Below, piece by piece: positions 51,561-64,000 of a DNA stretch of 64,000 nucleotides. Source of the stretch: Camelus dromedarius (lineage: Eukaryota). Every line of letters starts with the position of its first letter. The first letter of the stretch is position 1. The stretch lies in NCBI RefSeq assembly GCF_036321535.1, contig NC_087436.1, forward strand, positions 58,592,001 to 58,656,000, given 5' to 3'. Below the pieces are notes generated by a model. The model worked only from the letters and a program-made list of their open reading frames with translations, was not told the origin of the DNA and made no database searches. The position numbers and the translations under genes are program-made.

Positions 51561-52999
51561 ATATGTCAATAAATGGTACCACTAATATTGTATAAATATA
51601 AAAATACCACTGCAATGAGTATTTTCTTCCTTTACTGTTATAAGATTGTTAATGAATATCTAACTGTTCTAGTTTTAAAGCCAATATATTGAACATCATA
51701 TTTGATCTTCTTTCAAACTCTTTTAAAATCTTCCCATTTTCTCCTTATACCTTAACATCACAAAAAAATTCTGACAGCAACATAGATAGTACAGCATAAT
51801 GGATCTGCATTTTAAATCATCTTAATGTTTGTTATATCAATAAATGAATAATGGAAAATATTCAGATGCTGAATATGCAAATATAACACATATACTTAAA
51901 CTATTCTCTTTGATACATGGTAATGACCACAGAATTATAATGGTTCACCAAAAATTATGCTGCCTCATATAACAGTTGTGCCAGGTATTTCAGAGGAAGG
52001 TATAAATCTCCAATAATGTCCCTGTGGCAATGGGAAGTAATTCGAGTATTTCACACTTAAAGATTAATATTTTGGGTTTATACTGTACCTTTCATCTAAA
52101 GGCCTCAAAAAGCCTCCATAAACATTAACTCATTAGCTTTTCAACTGCCATCCCCCCATAAGGCAAGGAGGTATCCAACAACATTTTATAAACAAAGAAA
52201 ATAAATTGAGAAGAACTAAATATTACACTTATGATTTAGTAATCATGGTACACTGCAAGATTTTTTTTTATTTTAAATAGTGTTAATGAACTCAAATATT
52301 TTCTACACATACACAAAATCCTTGTATGGTTTTCACTATGCTATTTTTCATGGCATTCTCTTTAAAAAACACTTTTCAGTGCCATATTTTTATGGTATCT
52401 AAAGGCATAAAAGTAAGATGTTTTAGAACAAACTTTCTTCATACAATGCATTTAATAAATATAAAGCTGAGAGAAATAGAGAACTTGGGTGCATATCTCT
52501 CTATGTGTTTTCACATACTGCAAATTTCTCAACACCAGGCAAGATACCTTCCAATTTTTTCACAAAAACTAATTTAACACTCCATTGAAAGTGTAGAGAA
52601 AAGATATTGTGCCTCAGGGGTAAAGACTTTTCTACTTAAAGACGTACAGACCTTTAAAATTAAACCAAAATTATATAAACACAATATGTCTGTTGAATAA
52701 ACCCAAAATTATACAAATACACAATTATGTCTTCATTGATCAATGTATACTTTATACCAACATGGATTTAAGATCTTTTGTGATACAGGTCCAATAAATT
52801 TTTCTAATTTAGTCTCCAAATATTTACTCCTCATTCAGCCTTTATTTTATTTATAACACATAACCCATTTTCCTCAAAAACATGTTCAACCATTTCCTTA
52901 TTGTGTTTTGTTCCTTCTCTTCAGAATGTGCTTTCTCTATAGGTTATGTATCAAAATCTATTTAATACCTCTTCTGTGCAACTTCTAAGATATTCTCTG

Positions 53000-53360
53000 A
53001 ATCAGATGCTGTTGGTGCCTCACCTAGAAACCCATTACAGTCCAGACACTTTAGGTTCACACCTGTGCACTTACACACACACACACACACACACACAGAG
53101 AGTTCATGGATAAAGACTAATGGGTATAATAGTCCAGGTCTCTAGTTTCCAACCACTATAATGCAATTTTCATTCCAGAGACCCCTTTGAGATCAGGCAG
53201 AGGACAAAGTTCTGGAACCATTTATTTGCTTTGCTCCTAACTATACCCTATATTGCTCTGCACACTCCTTTCAGTTTTCTTCTGGGAACAATCCTCAATA
53301 AACTATTTGCACAAGAATCCCCATCTCAGGCTCTGCTTCTAGGGAGCTCAACCCACAGTA
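53000..53360 (+). mobile_element. ERVL LTR16-like fragment containing a (CA)n tract (53074-53096)
   Basis: cctcaataaactatttgcacaagaatccccatctcaggctctgcttctaggga resembles the LTR16-family 3' end. Confidence 0.6.
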
Positions 53361-53584
53361 CCCACAATTCAATGGATTCCTGAATTCACTGTAACTTTAT
53401 TTATAACAGTAGACCATAAAATAATTTAAAAGTCTAATAATGGGGGTCTGGCTAAACAGATTGTTTTCTATCTTCACAGAATAACACACAGATATTAAAA
53501 CATTATTTTATAAAATACTGAACAGAGTTCGTGATATAATTATGGTACAAAATATTGTGTATAGGCTTATGCACAAAATCCATC

Positions 53585-54495
53585 CTGAACACTGGAGATA
53601 TGTCTGTGACACTATAACATAAAATTCCTGACCTTGTTAAGTGTACACTAGCATAAGACACATATCATACAAAGTATTACACAATCACCATCTTTTAGCT
53701 TCTACTGAGATCAATGATGTGAAGGACAAGCACAGCTATGAAAGGTGAGAGATCTGACTTGGTCTGTAAAGTCAAGAAGACTTCAGCAAGGAAAAAGCAT
53801 TTAATTAGAAAGGTAAGGCATGATAGGGTACGAAGTTGGGAAAGTCATCTACAAAGAGGAAGCAGTAAACCCAATGGTCCCGAGGAAGAAGGATCATGAC
53901 ACATTTGAGTAAAAAACTGAAAGAGCAATGTGGTTTGGGGAGCAAAGACTGATGAGGAGGTAGTGGTCTGAAAACCCAGAGCCTTACAAGTTGTCGTAAA
54001 GGTCTTAGTTTTTGTCTTAAGACTCATACATGTCATACAAGAACATAATAGATTTTAGGCATAGTAAGGACATGATACAGTTTTTATGTTTTAAGTATTA
54101 CTCAAATTACTCTAAAGAGTAACACTACTAATAGGAGTGAGGCAGAAGACACAGGTGTGCAAGTTATGAGGTTACTGCAATAGACCAACTAAGAGATGCT
54201 GAGCACCTGAGCTAGGGAGTAGTACAGAGATGAATAGCAACAGATCAACTGGAGATATTAGGAAGCAGAAACAGCTGGATTTGTGTTTGACTGGTTATGG
54301 GGCTGCAGATTAAAGGAGACATCAAGCATTACTCCAGGGGTTCTGGCTTTCCCAACTGCCAGAAGGTGGTACCACCCACTGAAACAGACATCATATGATG
54401 AAGCAGTCGGTAGACAGCATGTTAGGAAAGATTTTTCAGTTCTGAACATATTAAGGGTAGGGTGCCTTTGTGACATCTAATAAGAATGATTAAAT
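53585..54495 (-). mobile_element. L2 LINE fragment (host of the RPL9 retrocopy)
   Basis: Minus strand atgtcacaaaggcaccctacccttaatatgttcagaactgaa and cttgatgtctcctttaatct are L2 ORF2-end motifs. Confidence 0.7.
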
Positions 54496-54508
54496 ATACA
54501 TGGATCCA

Positions 54509-55222
<714 letters not shown>

Positions 55223-55824
55223 ATATACATGGATCCAGAACTTCAAATTACTCAAAAACAAATGTGTCTGTGTGCACGTGGGTATATGTACAATATAGAC
55301 ATTAACAAAAATACAATGTATGTGTAGTGAAAATGAAGGCCATACATTATAGTATTAACAATGTTTGTCCCTAAATAATTATTAGATAACTTGATTTTGT
55401 TCTTATGCTTTTTTCACTTGTCTTTTCCCTGTACACATACAAATTTTGTCCTGATAAAACAAGTTAATGAAGTCTAATCTCTTCTCCATGAACTACCACA
55501 GCTCTTGAAGATTACTTAATGACAGTTTTTTACAAGCATAGGAACTATTCAGTCATCCCTCTGTGCAGCTCATCTTTCCTATTTTGTAGGAAATATTCCT
55601 CAATAATTGTATAACTTCTAAAATTTAAAAAATCCTTTTATTGCACCCTTCAATCTTCTTTTAATTGCATAAGAAAAAGTGATTCAAATGGACTCAGAAA
55701 TGCATTGACTTACTCATAACATGTATGATTCCTTTGTTTTAATCCTAAAGTCATAATTGATATTAAAAAGATCCCTAATATCACTACCTCCAAAGTCAGA
55801 AAAAAAGCAGAATAATAATGATTA

Positions 55825-56010
55825 CTGATTACTGGGTGCTTGTTATGTAACAAGCAAAGACTGGACACTTTGTAGGGATTATCTTCTTTAAAAATAAATT
55901 TATAGGACAGTAAATTTATTCTTTTTTTTTTGTAATGAAAGAACAGGTTCAGATACACTAAGTAAATTTCTGTTGGTCCCATACCTAGTAGCTGACTGTG
56001 GCTTCATGCC
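55825..56010 (-). mobile_element. MIR
   Basis: tgattactgggtgcttgttatgt...aatgaaagaacaggttcagatacactaagtaaattt. Confidence 0.55.
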
Positions 56011-56211
56011 AAAATTTGTAATATACTACTCTCATTCTGCAAAGGGTGTGGTTTAGTATTAACTTTGGAACTAAGATTTGAAACATAATTTTTCCCAGAA
56101 CACAGTTCCTTCAAACAAGAAGATAAAAAGCCACAAGGAATGTGACCCTTTACAGTGTAGTAATCAACTGCTCAAGAAGTTCATGAAGCTAAGATTTATT
56201 GACTACCTACC

Positions 56212-56725
56212 GTTATCAGTTAGGATGCTTAACAAGGAATAAATAAGAAAACTTAAATCAATTTTAAACAAGCAGTTGTTGGCTCACATAATGAAAAGTC
56301 TAAAGGAGGGCAGGCTCCAGGCACAAGTTGATCCAGAGGTTCACAATACCTTCAAGGTTTGGCTCTATTTTTCTGCCGTTCTCTTGGCTCTGCTCTGCTC
56401 TGCTTGCTGGCTCTGTCTCCAGGCTGAAAGCCAACATAGCTACAGCAAATCTAGGTTCCTCATCCTCACACAGTACTGTTACCAAAAAATGGTAAAGCTT
56501 TAGTTCAAATTTCTAAATTCCAATCATGAGTACTGAGACTTTCCTATAAGGCCAGTATCGGTCTACCTAAAACACCAATTACCATGGGCAAAAGGACTGA
56601 TATGCTGGTAGGCTCAGCCAGAGTGACATGCTTTACTCTAGCAGTACAATATCCACAGATATCCATAGATAGCCACAATGAAATCAGAAGTTATTGAGAA
56701 GAGATAGGGGTGACAGATGGTTGGA
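56212..56725 (-). mobile_element. MaLR (MLT1J/K-like) LTR
   Basis: tatcagttaggatgctt...ttggctcacataatgaaaagtctaaaggagggcaggctccaggcacaagttgatccagagg. Confidence 0.7.
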
Positions 56726-57041
56726 AATCAAGCAATGACTGTTCTTGCCTCATATGTGTTAGATTTTATATGTGTATCATATTATTTAAATTAAGCTGAA
56801 AATATCAATGAAACAGGAATTATTAACCCCATTATATAAATTAAAATAGAGAAGATTACATTATTATGTAACCAGAATTTTTTTCTTTAAACTCAGTCTG
56901 GTTTAATAGCTTCTGCTTTTCTCACACTAGCAATTTGACTACTCTATATAGAAATCCTGTGAGCTATTGAGCCACTCTGTGGTATTCCTCACAGGAACAA
57001 GATATGTAAAGTACATTCTCAACACTCTGGGGTTACTCAAA

Positions 57042-57385
57042 TAGTCATCCCTCGGTATCTGGAAGGGATGGGTTCCAGGACCCCTACGTATATCAAAATC
57101 CGCAGATGCTCAAATCCCTTACATAAAATGGCACATTATTTGCATACAATCTAAGCCCATCCTCCCATATACTTTAAATCATCTCTACATTACTTATAAT
57201 ATCTAATACATTGTAAATGTTACAGAAAAAGCTGCAAATACAATGTAAATGCTATGTAAAGAGCTGCCCTGGCAGCAAATTCAAGTTTTGCTTTTTAGAA
57301 CTTTTTGAAAAATTTTTGGAATGTTTTTTATTCTCAGTTGGTTGAATCCGACAATGCAGAAAACACAGATAGGAAGGGCCAACTG
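57042..57385 (+). mobile_element. MER2 (Tigger-family) DNA transposon
   Basis: agtcatccctcggtatc...ttccaggacccc...aaaatccgcagatgctcaaatcccttacataaaatggc...gaagggccaactg|TA; about 345 bp. Confidence 0.9.
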
Positions 57386-59039
57386 TACTAGAGGAGAGAA
57401 AAGATGCTCAGCTAACTACAAAGCAGTACAAGTTGGATTAAGTGCTCTAACTTGAATTTACTTCTAATACCTAAATTTCAGACTCCTTATTTCAAGTGGC
57501 TCTTAGTTTGGCTGGCACATGTCTTAGAAATGGTTTGTCATAGAAATTAAATACATTTCAATCATTTATAAAAAGATTACTTCATAAAAGTAACAAGAAA
57601 TCAGTCTGACACATCATTTGGGAGTACAGTTGGCACTACATGAACTGTGTATTGCAATAATTCCTTATACATGTCTCAAACTCCCATGAGCTATAAGTTG
57701 TGGAGAAACTCTACAGGTTAGTTTTGTGAAGAACCTCTACAATTAGTGATACAGGGCCTTGAGTAGTAGTAATTGCTCAATAAAGGTTTGTGAAGTGAAT
57801 CTTGATGAATGAAAAAAGTTGCCATGCATACTGTTAAAGTACATTTCATTTTCCTGGAAATGTAAATATCCTGATTGGAATAATTTTTATATATATATTT
57901 GAAAAGACAAACTTGAAAAAAAAATTCAGAATTTCTCTACACTGCCATTTCTCTTTAGTTAGTAGCTAGAAGTTCTGCAAGACTTATGACTTCAACTTTA
58001 ATTTACAGGCTAAGTGTGACATTTCTAATAGCTTCAAAGCAGTTTGTCAGCAGCCTACACTTCTCAGCTCTAACAACAAACAGTCCTAGCGAAATGTGTG
58101 CATCTCTGTAGATTTCTACTCCACTTTTTACTTACACTCATTTCAATCCAGTACTCAACAGCACTGGAGATAATCTGTTGTTGCATTCCAAACTGCAAAG
58201 CCTAGTATTAGCAAATCTTCCTTCTGAACTCATAGTTTTCAATTTAAATATGATTTCTCTTGTGAAAAATCATTAAATGTATAGTATGTGGAAGGTTACT
58301 TTGTTTATAGACACTACAAGAAGAATCCTTAGGGTTTCAGTCAGAAAAAATAAATAAGACATTTGCAAATACTGTCTCTGTAAATTGAAATTTGTCTAAG
58401 AGTTCTTTCCAAAAAAGATGAGAGTGGAGGAAGAATTATTGAAATCTTATCAATCTATTTATGAATAATGTCATAACTGGTATAGTATATCCAGCTAACA
58501 AATAAAGGTCATCTATAATTGGTGCCTTGTGAATGCCCCATATAAGGTGATACACACTTGTACAGAGGTTACTATTACTGAGACTAGCCATCCAAACCAG
58601 AGTAGTTTCACTGATTACTGCTGCCAAGAAAGCTCTCCAAATGGGAAAACCACCTGTAAAGGGGGACTTGTGCCCTCAATCTTTGGCTCCAAGGTGCCTA
58701 ATCAATTCCCACACACTCCAGTCTTTGTTCTGGATCACAGAGGAAAATTCTTCCCTGTAAGATAAAGTCCTTCTTGACCCAAACAATCCTAAAATTACAA
58801 GAACACTCATGCAAACTGGTGTAAGGTGGACAGTAGGGAAGATCTAACAGCACCAAGTACTGCCCTTAGATAAGAGGGTCCCTAGTCAGGTTGCCAGGGT
58901 AGTCACAGAGATTTTCGACAACAAAATGGAGCTTGGGCATATCTTCCCATTTAAAAAAATTAAACATTTAAAATAATAGTGAGGTTCTAGGATACCATTA
59001 TCCTAGTGCAATATGTCATTCCCAAAGGATTAAAAATAA

Positions 59040-59500
59040 TCTTTTGTCTTCCTCCTTGAATTATTCTTCTACCATACCCCTGCTTGCTACTCTACTACAG
59101 CTACACGACAACCTCACCAGTCTCTGCAGATGCCAAGCATGCTTCTCTCTCTGCTCCTCTCCTCTCCCCTCCTCTTTCTTCCTCTCTCCTTCTCTAGCAT
59201 ATTCTATCCACAACCCTTCACTTTAGCCTTTGCTCTACATCATCTCCTCAGAGATGATGTCTGAACTGCCATTCTAAATTCATACCCCTCCATCACTCTA
59301 TATCCCCTAACTCTGCTGTGTTTTTCTTCATACCCCTCTGTACTTTCATTTTTTTATTTACTGTTTATCTCCCACTTTAGAAGTAAGCTTCAGGAAGAAT
59401 AGGCCTTTGATTGTTTTCCCTGTTTTATTTATCACTGTATATGCAGGGCATAAAAGAGCACACGAAACATTTAGATATTCCACAAAAATGTAATGAATAT
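59040..59500 (+). mobile_element. L2 3' region
   Basis: catcatctcctcagagatg...ttactgtttatctcccactttagaagtaagcttcaggaagaatagg...ttatcactgtatatgcaggg. Confidence 0.7.
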
Positions 59501-60109
59501 TGAAAGAATTACTATATATTACTGTTCTTTGCAATTTTTTATTTAAGTCTCCTAACAACCCTATCTAGGTTATCATGGGATTTTATTTTAATGAGAAAAA
59601 AGCACATAAAATAATGAATTTGTTCACCAGTTTTATCTTTCAGATAACCAAGAGTTTCAGATAACTAAGTCAAGGAGAATATCATGTAGAGTAAGCAAGC
59701 TGAAGAAATATGAATCTGACTAAGTTGTGTTGATGCAACTGAGCATGATTGTGAAAAATCCACAATGAAATAAGTGCATAGATGTCATTTTTTTCTTCTT
59801 CTTCTTTCTAATAAATGCCAAAGATTTTTTTTGGAGAAGGCTTAAAAAGAAGCCAGAAGACACAACTCTGTACTATCAACTTCCAGAGACCACAGAAAAA
59901 GCATTTGAGACTTTAGGTTCTGATCCACTTGTGATACTTAAGAACTTAGGACTCTTATTCTTGGAATATTAATTATTTAGAGTTAACAATCTTGGATGGT
60001 AAAATACAGACATGGGAAAGACGAGTATTATCCAATACACATATATAAATCAAACTTTTCCCCAGGATTAGAAGCATCTTCAAACAGAAATGATTAAAGA
60101 ATAGTTAGC

Positions 60110-61161
60110 TAAATTATCAGAGAAATGCAAATCAAAACTGCAATGAGTTATTCCCCTCACACTGGTCACAATGGCCATCATTAAAAAGTCCACAAACAAA
60201 AAATGATGGAAAGGGCATGGAGAAAAGGGAACCCTCCTACATGGTTGATGGGAATATAGTTTGGTGTATCCACTATGGAAAACAGTATGGAGATTCCTTA
60301 GAAAACTAGAAATAGACTTACCATATGATCCAACAAGCCCACTCTGGAGCATATACCTGAAGAAAACTCTAATTCGAAAATACACATGCACCCAATGTTC
60401 ACAGCAGCACTATACACAATAGTCAAGACATGGAAGCAACCTATACGTCCAACAGATGACTGAATAAAGAAGATGTATATACGGGGGGTGGGAAGGGACA
60501 GACAGGGTTTCAAAATTTGTAGATACTGACAGGCATATGCAGAATAGATAAACAAGATTATACTGTATAGCACAGGAAAATATATACGAGATCTTGTGGT
60601 AGCTCACAGCGAAAAAATATGTGACAATGAATATATGTATGTTCATGTATAACTGAAAAATTGTGCTCTACACTGGAATTTGACACAACATTGTAAAATA
60701 ACTATAACTCAAAAAATAAAAAAGATGTATATATACAATGGAATACTACTCAGCCATAAAAAAACAATGAAATAATGCCATTTGCCACAACATGGATGGA
60801 CATACAGATTATCAAACTAAGTGAAGTAAGTCAAGACAGAGAAAGACAAATATCATATTATACCACTTATATGTGAAATCTAAAAAAATAATATAAATAA
60901 GACAGAGATTCACAGACACAGAAAACAAACTTATGGTTATCAAAAGGGAAAGGGGGAGGGATAAATTAGGAGTTTAGGGTTAACAGATATAAACTACTAT
61001 ATATAAAATAGATAAACAACAAGATTCTAATGTATAGCACAGGGAGCTACATTCAATATCTTGTAATAATCTGTAATGGAAAAGAATATACACATATACA
61101 ACTGAATAATTATGCTGTACACCAGAAACTAACACAACACTGTAAATCAATTAAACAAAAC
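60110..61161 (+). mobile_element. 5'-truncated L1 (older cetartiodactyl-type 3' UTR), interrupted by a younger L1
   Basis: ttatcagagaaatgcaaatcaaaact through ...ccagaaactaacacaacactgtaaatcaa; TSD aagaatagttagc (60097-60109) / aagaatagttaac (61162-61174). Confidence 0.93.
60482..60721 (+). mobile_element. Young L1 3' fragment nested in an older L1
   Basis: Highly similar to 13870-14090 (gtagctcacag.gaaaaaa..tgtgacaatga...actggaatttgacacaacattgtaaaat); TSD aagatgtatata (60470-60481, 60722-60733). Confidence 0.93.
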
Positions 61162-63194
61162 AAGAATAGTTAACAAGAACATGAAGATGAAGCATGCAAA
61201 CCACAAATTAATACTGAGAAGAACACTTTCTAGTAGGTAAGGACTTAGAAAAAAGCACATTCTTAAAAGAATCATTTTATATATACTTCTGTTTCTTAAT
61301 TTTTATTCAGAATATCCAGGGGAAAAAATGTTGATTTTATTTCCCTATGATAACAAAGAGGTTATATTTTATTATGTTCTTTGTAATCGTTAGCATAAAA
61401 CTACCTTTCAAAATAAGAAAATTCAAGATCAAACAAAGGAAAAGTACAAGTTTAACACTATGATAAATTTAGTATTCAATTTACCCTTTCTAGAGAAAGA
61501 GAAACCAGTGTCTTTGGCATGATTACTTGAGCAGCTAACAGAGTTACCACAAATGTAGTAGGAATATAATTGCATATAACAGAAAAGAATGATCATTTTT
61601 CCAATGAATACAAGTGGATTATGCTGTTATTTCTTTTAAATGTTTCATTTTAATCATCCTGGCTGAACCTCAAAAAGTTCCATTCAGCAAACCTCTGGTC
61701 TACTGAGTCACGTATCTGGCTGACATTAGCTGAACTGACCTATCACTCACTCTCATGCGCCCTCTCCCTGCATCAGTGTTCCTGTAGAGAAGAACATTTA
61801 ACGTGGCACAGTATGCAGTCCTTGTCCTGTTCCAGCAGAGACCTGGACCACATGCAGCTGTCAGGCATTCTATAAAGGTCACTCTCCCTCTTGAATTTGT
61901 GTATTATTTGTTTTTGTTCTTATTTGACATTTGACATTTATCCCTGTCTCTATCTTTGTACAGCTCCTTTTCAAATAGATGAGTGTTTATCACTTTATAT
62001 ATTAACATACACAAGAAGCATATTTAAAATATTCTAGTAAAAGCAAGCTTTTCTTTTCCCTTTTTTTCTTTTCTGATGGCCCTTATCTCAACAAAGTGCA
62101 TCATCCTGCCAAACATAAAAATGACTTGTAAATAATGCACTATGTCCTTCTTTTCCCACTTTGCATACTACTTTAATCACAATTACAGTTTTCTTTCAGT
62201 TCCTTACTATTCCACACATGAGAGGGAAAGCAAAAGAACACACATTCAGAAAGAATATCTGTAGTATCTACTGGGTTAGAAGAAAACAAAATTTCAAGGA
62301 AAAACACATTAAAACATATGATCTAAAACTTTCATTTTTTAAAAAGTGAAACTAAAACAGGTATAATATCATTTTTGTGAAATAACTAAATTAAATCCAT
62401 TTGTTTTTGGTAAGTACAGAATGTTAGCCAAAAGTATTATGTAGTACCTATCTAAATTAACCTAAAGGTTTGGCCAAGGAATCACGGCTAACTAACCACT
62501 CCTATATCTTAATGGGAAAAGAAAGTAAAACAGGATATATGTGAAGCATAGCTGGTTACTCTCTGGCATATGATCTATGCTAAAATGAGGGTCTGTGTGA
62601 GTTTTTAGCAGTGGGGACCAGAGATTGAGAGGGCATTTAATCTCTACATAGAATTACAGGCAGGAATGTTGCTAAGCATGGACATTTTCTAGAAATAAAG
62701 TGAACTGAAAACTTAGGTCAGCTTCAAGTACTTGTATAACACGCTGATAACCAACTGAAGACAAGTGAACAAATACTTAAAGATGTAAACATTGAGCTTA
62801 TTAGTGACTTTTTATTAATCAATGATACAATGTGTTGCAAAAACAACAACAAAATAATAGCCATTGGTAAAGCACCAACAAAACTAGTGTTAATTTTTTT
62901 TTAATGACAACTGAGTAGAAGAGATCATTTCGCTCTTTTTTTCACTCAAGTTGACAAAAAATCAAATGCAAGGCTACAACAGTATTACAGAATGTAGTAA
63001 GGAAATGCATGGGGAACCTTGCATCACACTGATTAGAACATCAGAGAGGGCTCTTATGAGAGTATCTGGCTTCTTGTTGGTAAATGAAGTATCAGAGGGA
63101 AAAAAGAGCATGGGATGCTTGGAATAGATACACGTTCAGTGAAAACTATTCCCTAGACACAGTAACAGAAGAAATGAGAACAGGTGTCAGACCC

Positions 63195-63390
63195 TATTAT
63201 TATTTATATTCTGTGGCTTAGTGAAGTTGGACAAATTACATAGTACCCCAAACTTCCTTTAATCTCATCAGCAAAACAGGAATGATGATAGTACCAGCAT
63301 TATTAGTGTTATTGTAACAATTTAATGAGATAATATCTATAAAGAGTTTGCAACAATGATTGGTATATTGTGAGTGCTTAATAATGCCAC
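63195..63390 (+). mobile_element. MIR
   Basis: gtgaagttggacaaattac...ctcatcagcaaaacaggaatgatgatagtacc...tttaatgagataat. Confidence 0.7.
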
Positions 63391-63739
63391 TCTAATTACT
63401 GGTTCTTATATATAATTATGAATTACAAGTTATATATTATTCTCATTATAGAGAATGGGATTTAGTCATTTTCACTACATCTTTCTGTTATCTTCCATAG
63501 TATTGCTGAAGTAGGTAATTAAGAAGACATGATGGTCAGGTGACCTGGGAGCTGGATCTGGGCAATTGGAGGCTCCCCACCCAATATTCCTATCCTTGGA
63601 ATCTCTGTGCCACTTGCCTCCACAACCCAGAGGCTTCTCCAACTTTGCACAATAATGTGCTATTGAGGTTATCTGGACTGGGTATGTGATAAACTCAGTT
63701 AAGGCCCCCATATACAAAACTGAACCCAGTTAGGGCATA

Positions 63740-64000
63740 CAGACGTACTTCATTTTATTGCACTTCACTCTACTGCACTTTGTAGGTATTGTGTGTTTTT
63801 AACAAATTGAAAGTCTGTGGCAACCCTGAGTTGAACAAGTCTACAGTGCCATTTTTTCAACAGCATCTGTTCACATGATTGTCTCTGTGTCACATTTTCA
63901 TAATTCTCATAATATTTCAAATTTTCACTATTATTCCATTTATTATGGTGGTCTGTGTTCAGTGATCTTTGATGTTACTATTGCAAAAAGATTATGACTC
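63740..64000 (+). mobile_element. Tigger1-type DNA transposon left end, probably an internally deleted form; runs off the window
   Basis: TA|cagacgtacttcattttattgcacttcact...acaaattgaaagtctgtggcaaccctg...gtgatctttgatgttactattg matches the Tigger1 5' end. Confidence 0.88.

Overview
AT-rich, CpG-poor eutherian non-coding DNA. It is most likely camelid, inferred from a tRNA-derived Vic-1-like SINE and the L1 3' UTR types. I found no intact protein-coding gene, functional RNA gene or CRISPR array. The ORF track is almost entirely chance ORFs or pieces of L1, L2 and RPL9. The one gene-derived feature I recognise is a full-length, disabled processed pseudogene of RPL9 (54509-55222, +) with a 15-bp target-site duplication (TSD). 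The rest is layered transposon debris: several ages of L1 (one 5'-inverted, one nested in another L1), ERV/MaLR solo LTRs, Tigger-family DNA transposons (MER44 x2, MER2, Tigger1-type), MIR, L2 and CR1/L3. A + strand bias among L1s, LTRs and the retrocopy suggests, but does not prove, an intron of a minus-strand gene. A few weak exon candidates are listed. I see no evidence for a new biological system; the most interesting items are retrotransposition footprints. Repeat family names come from memory of consensus sequences, not a database search, and boundaries of old elements are approximate.
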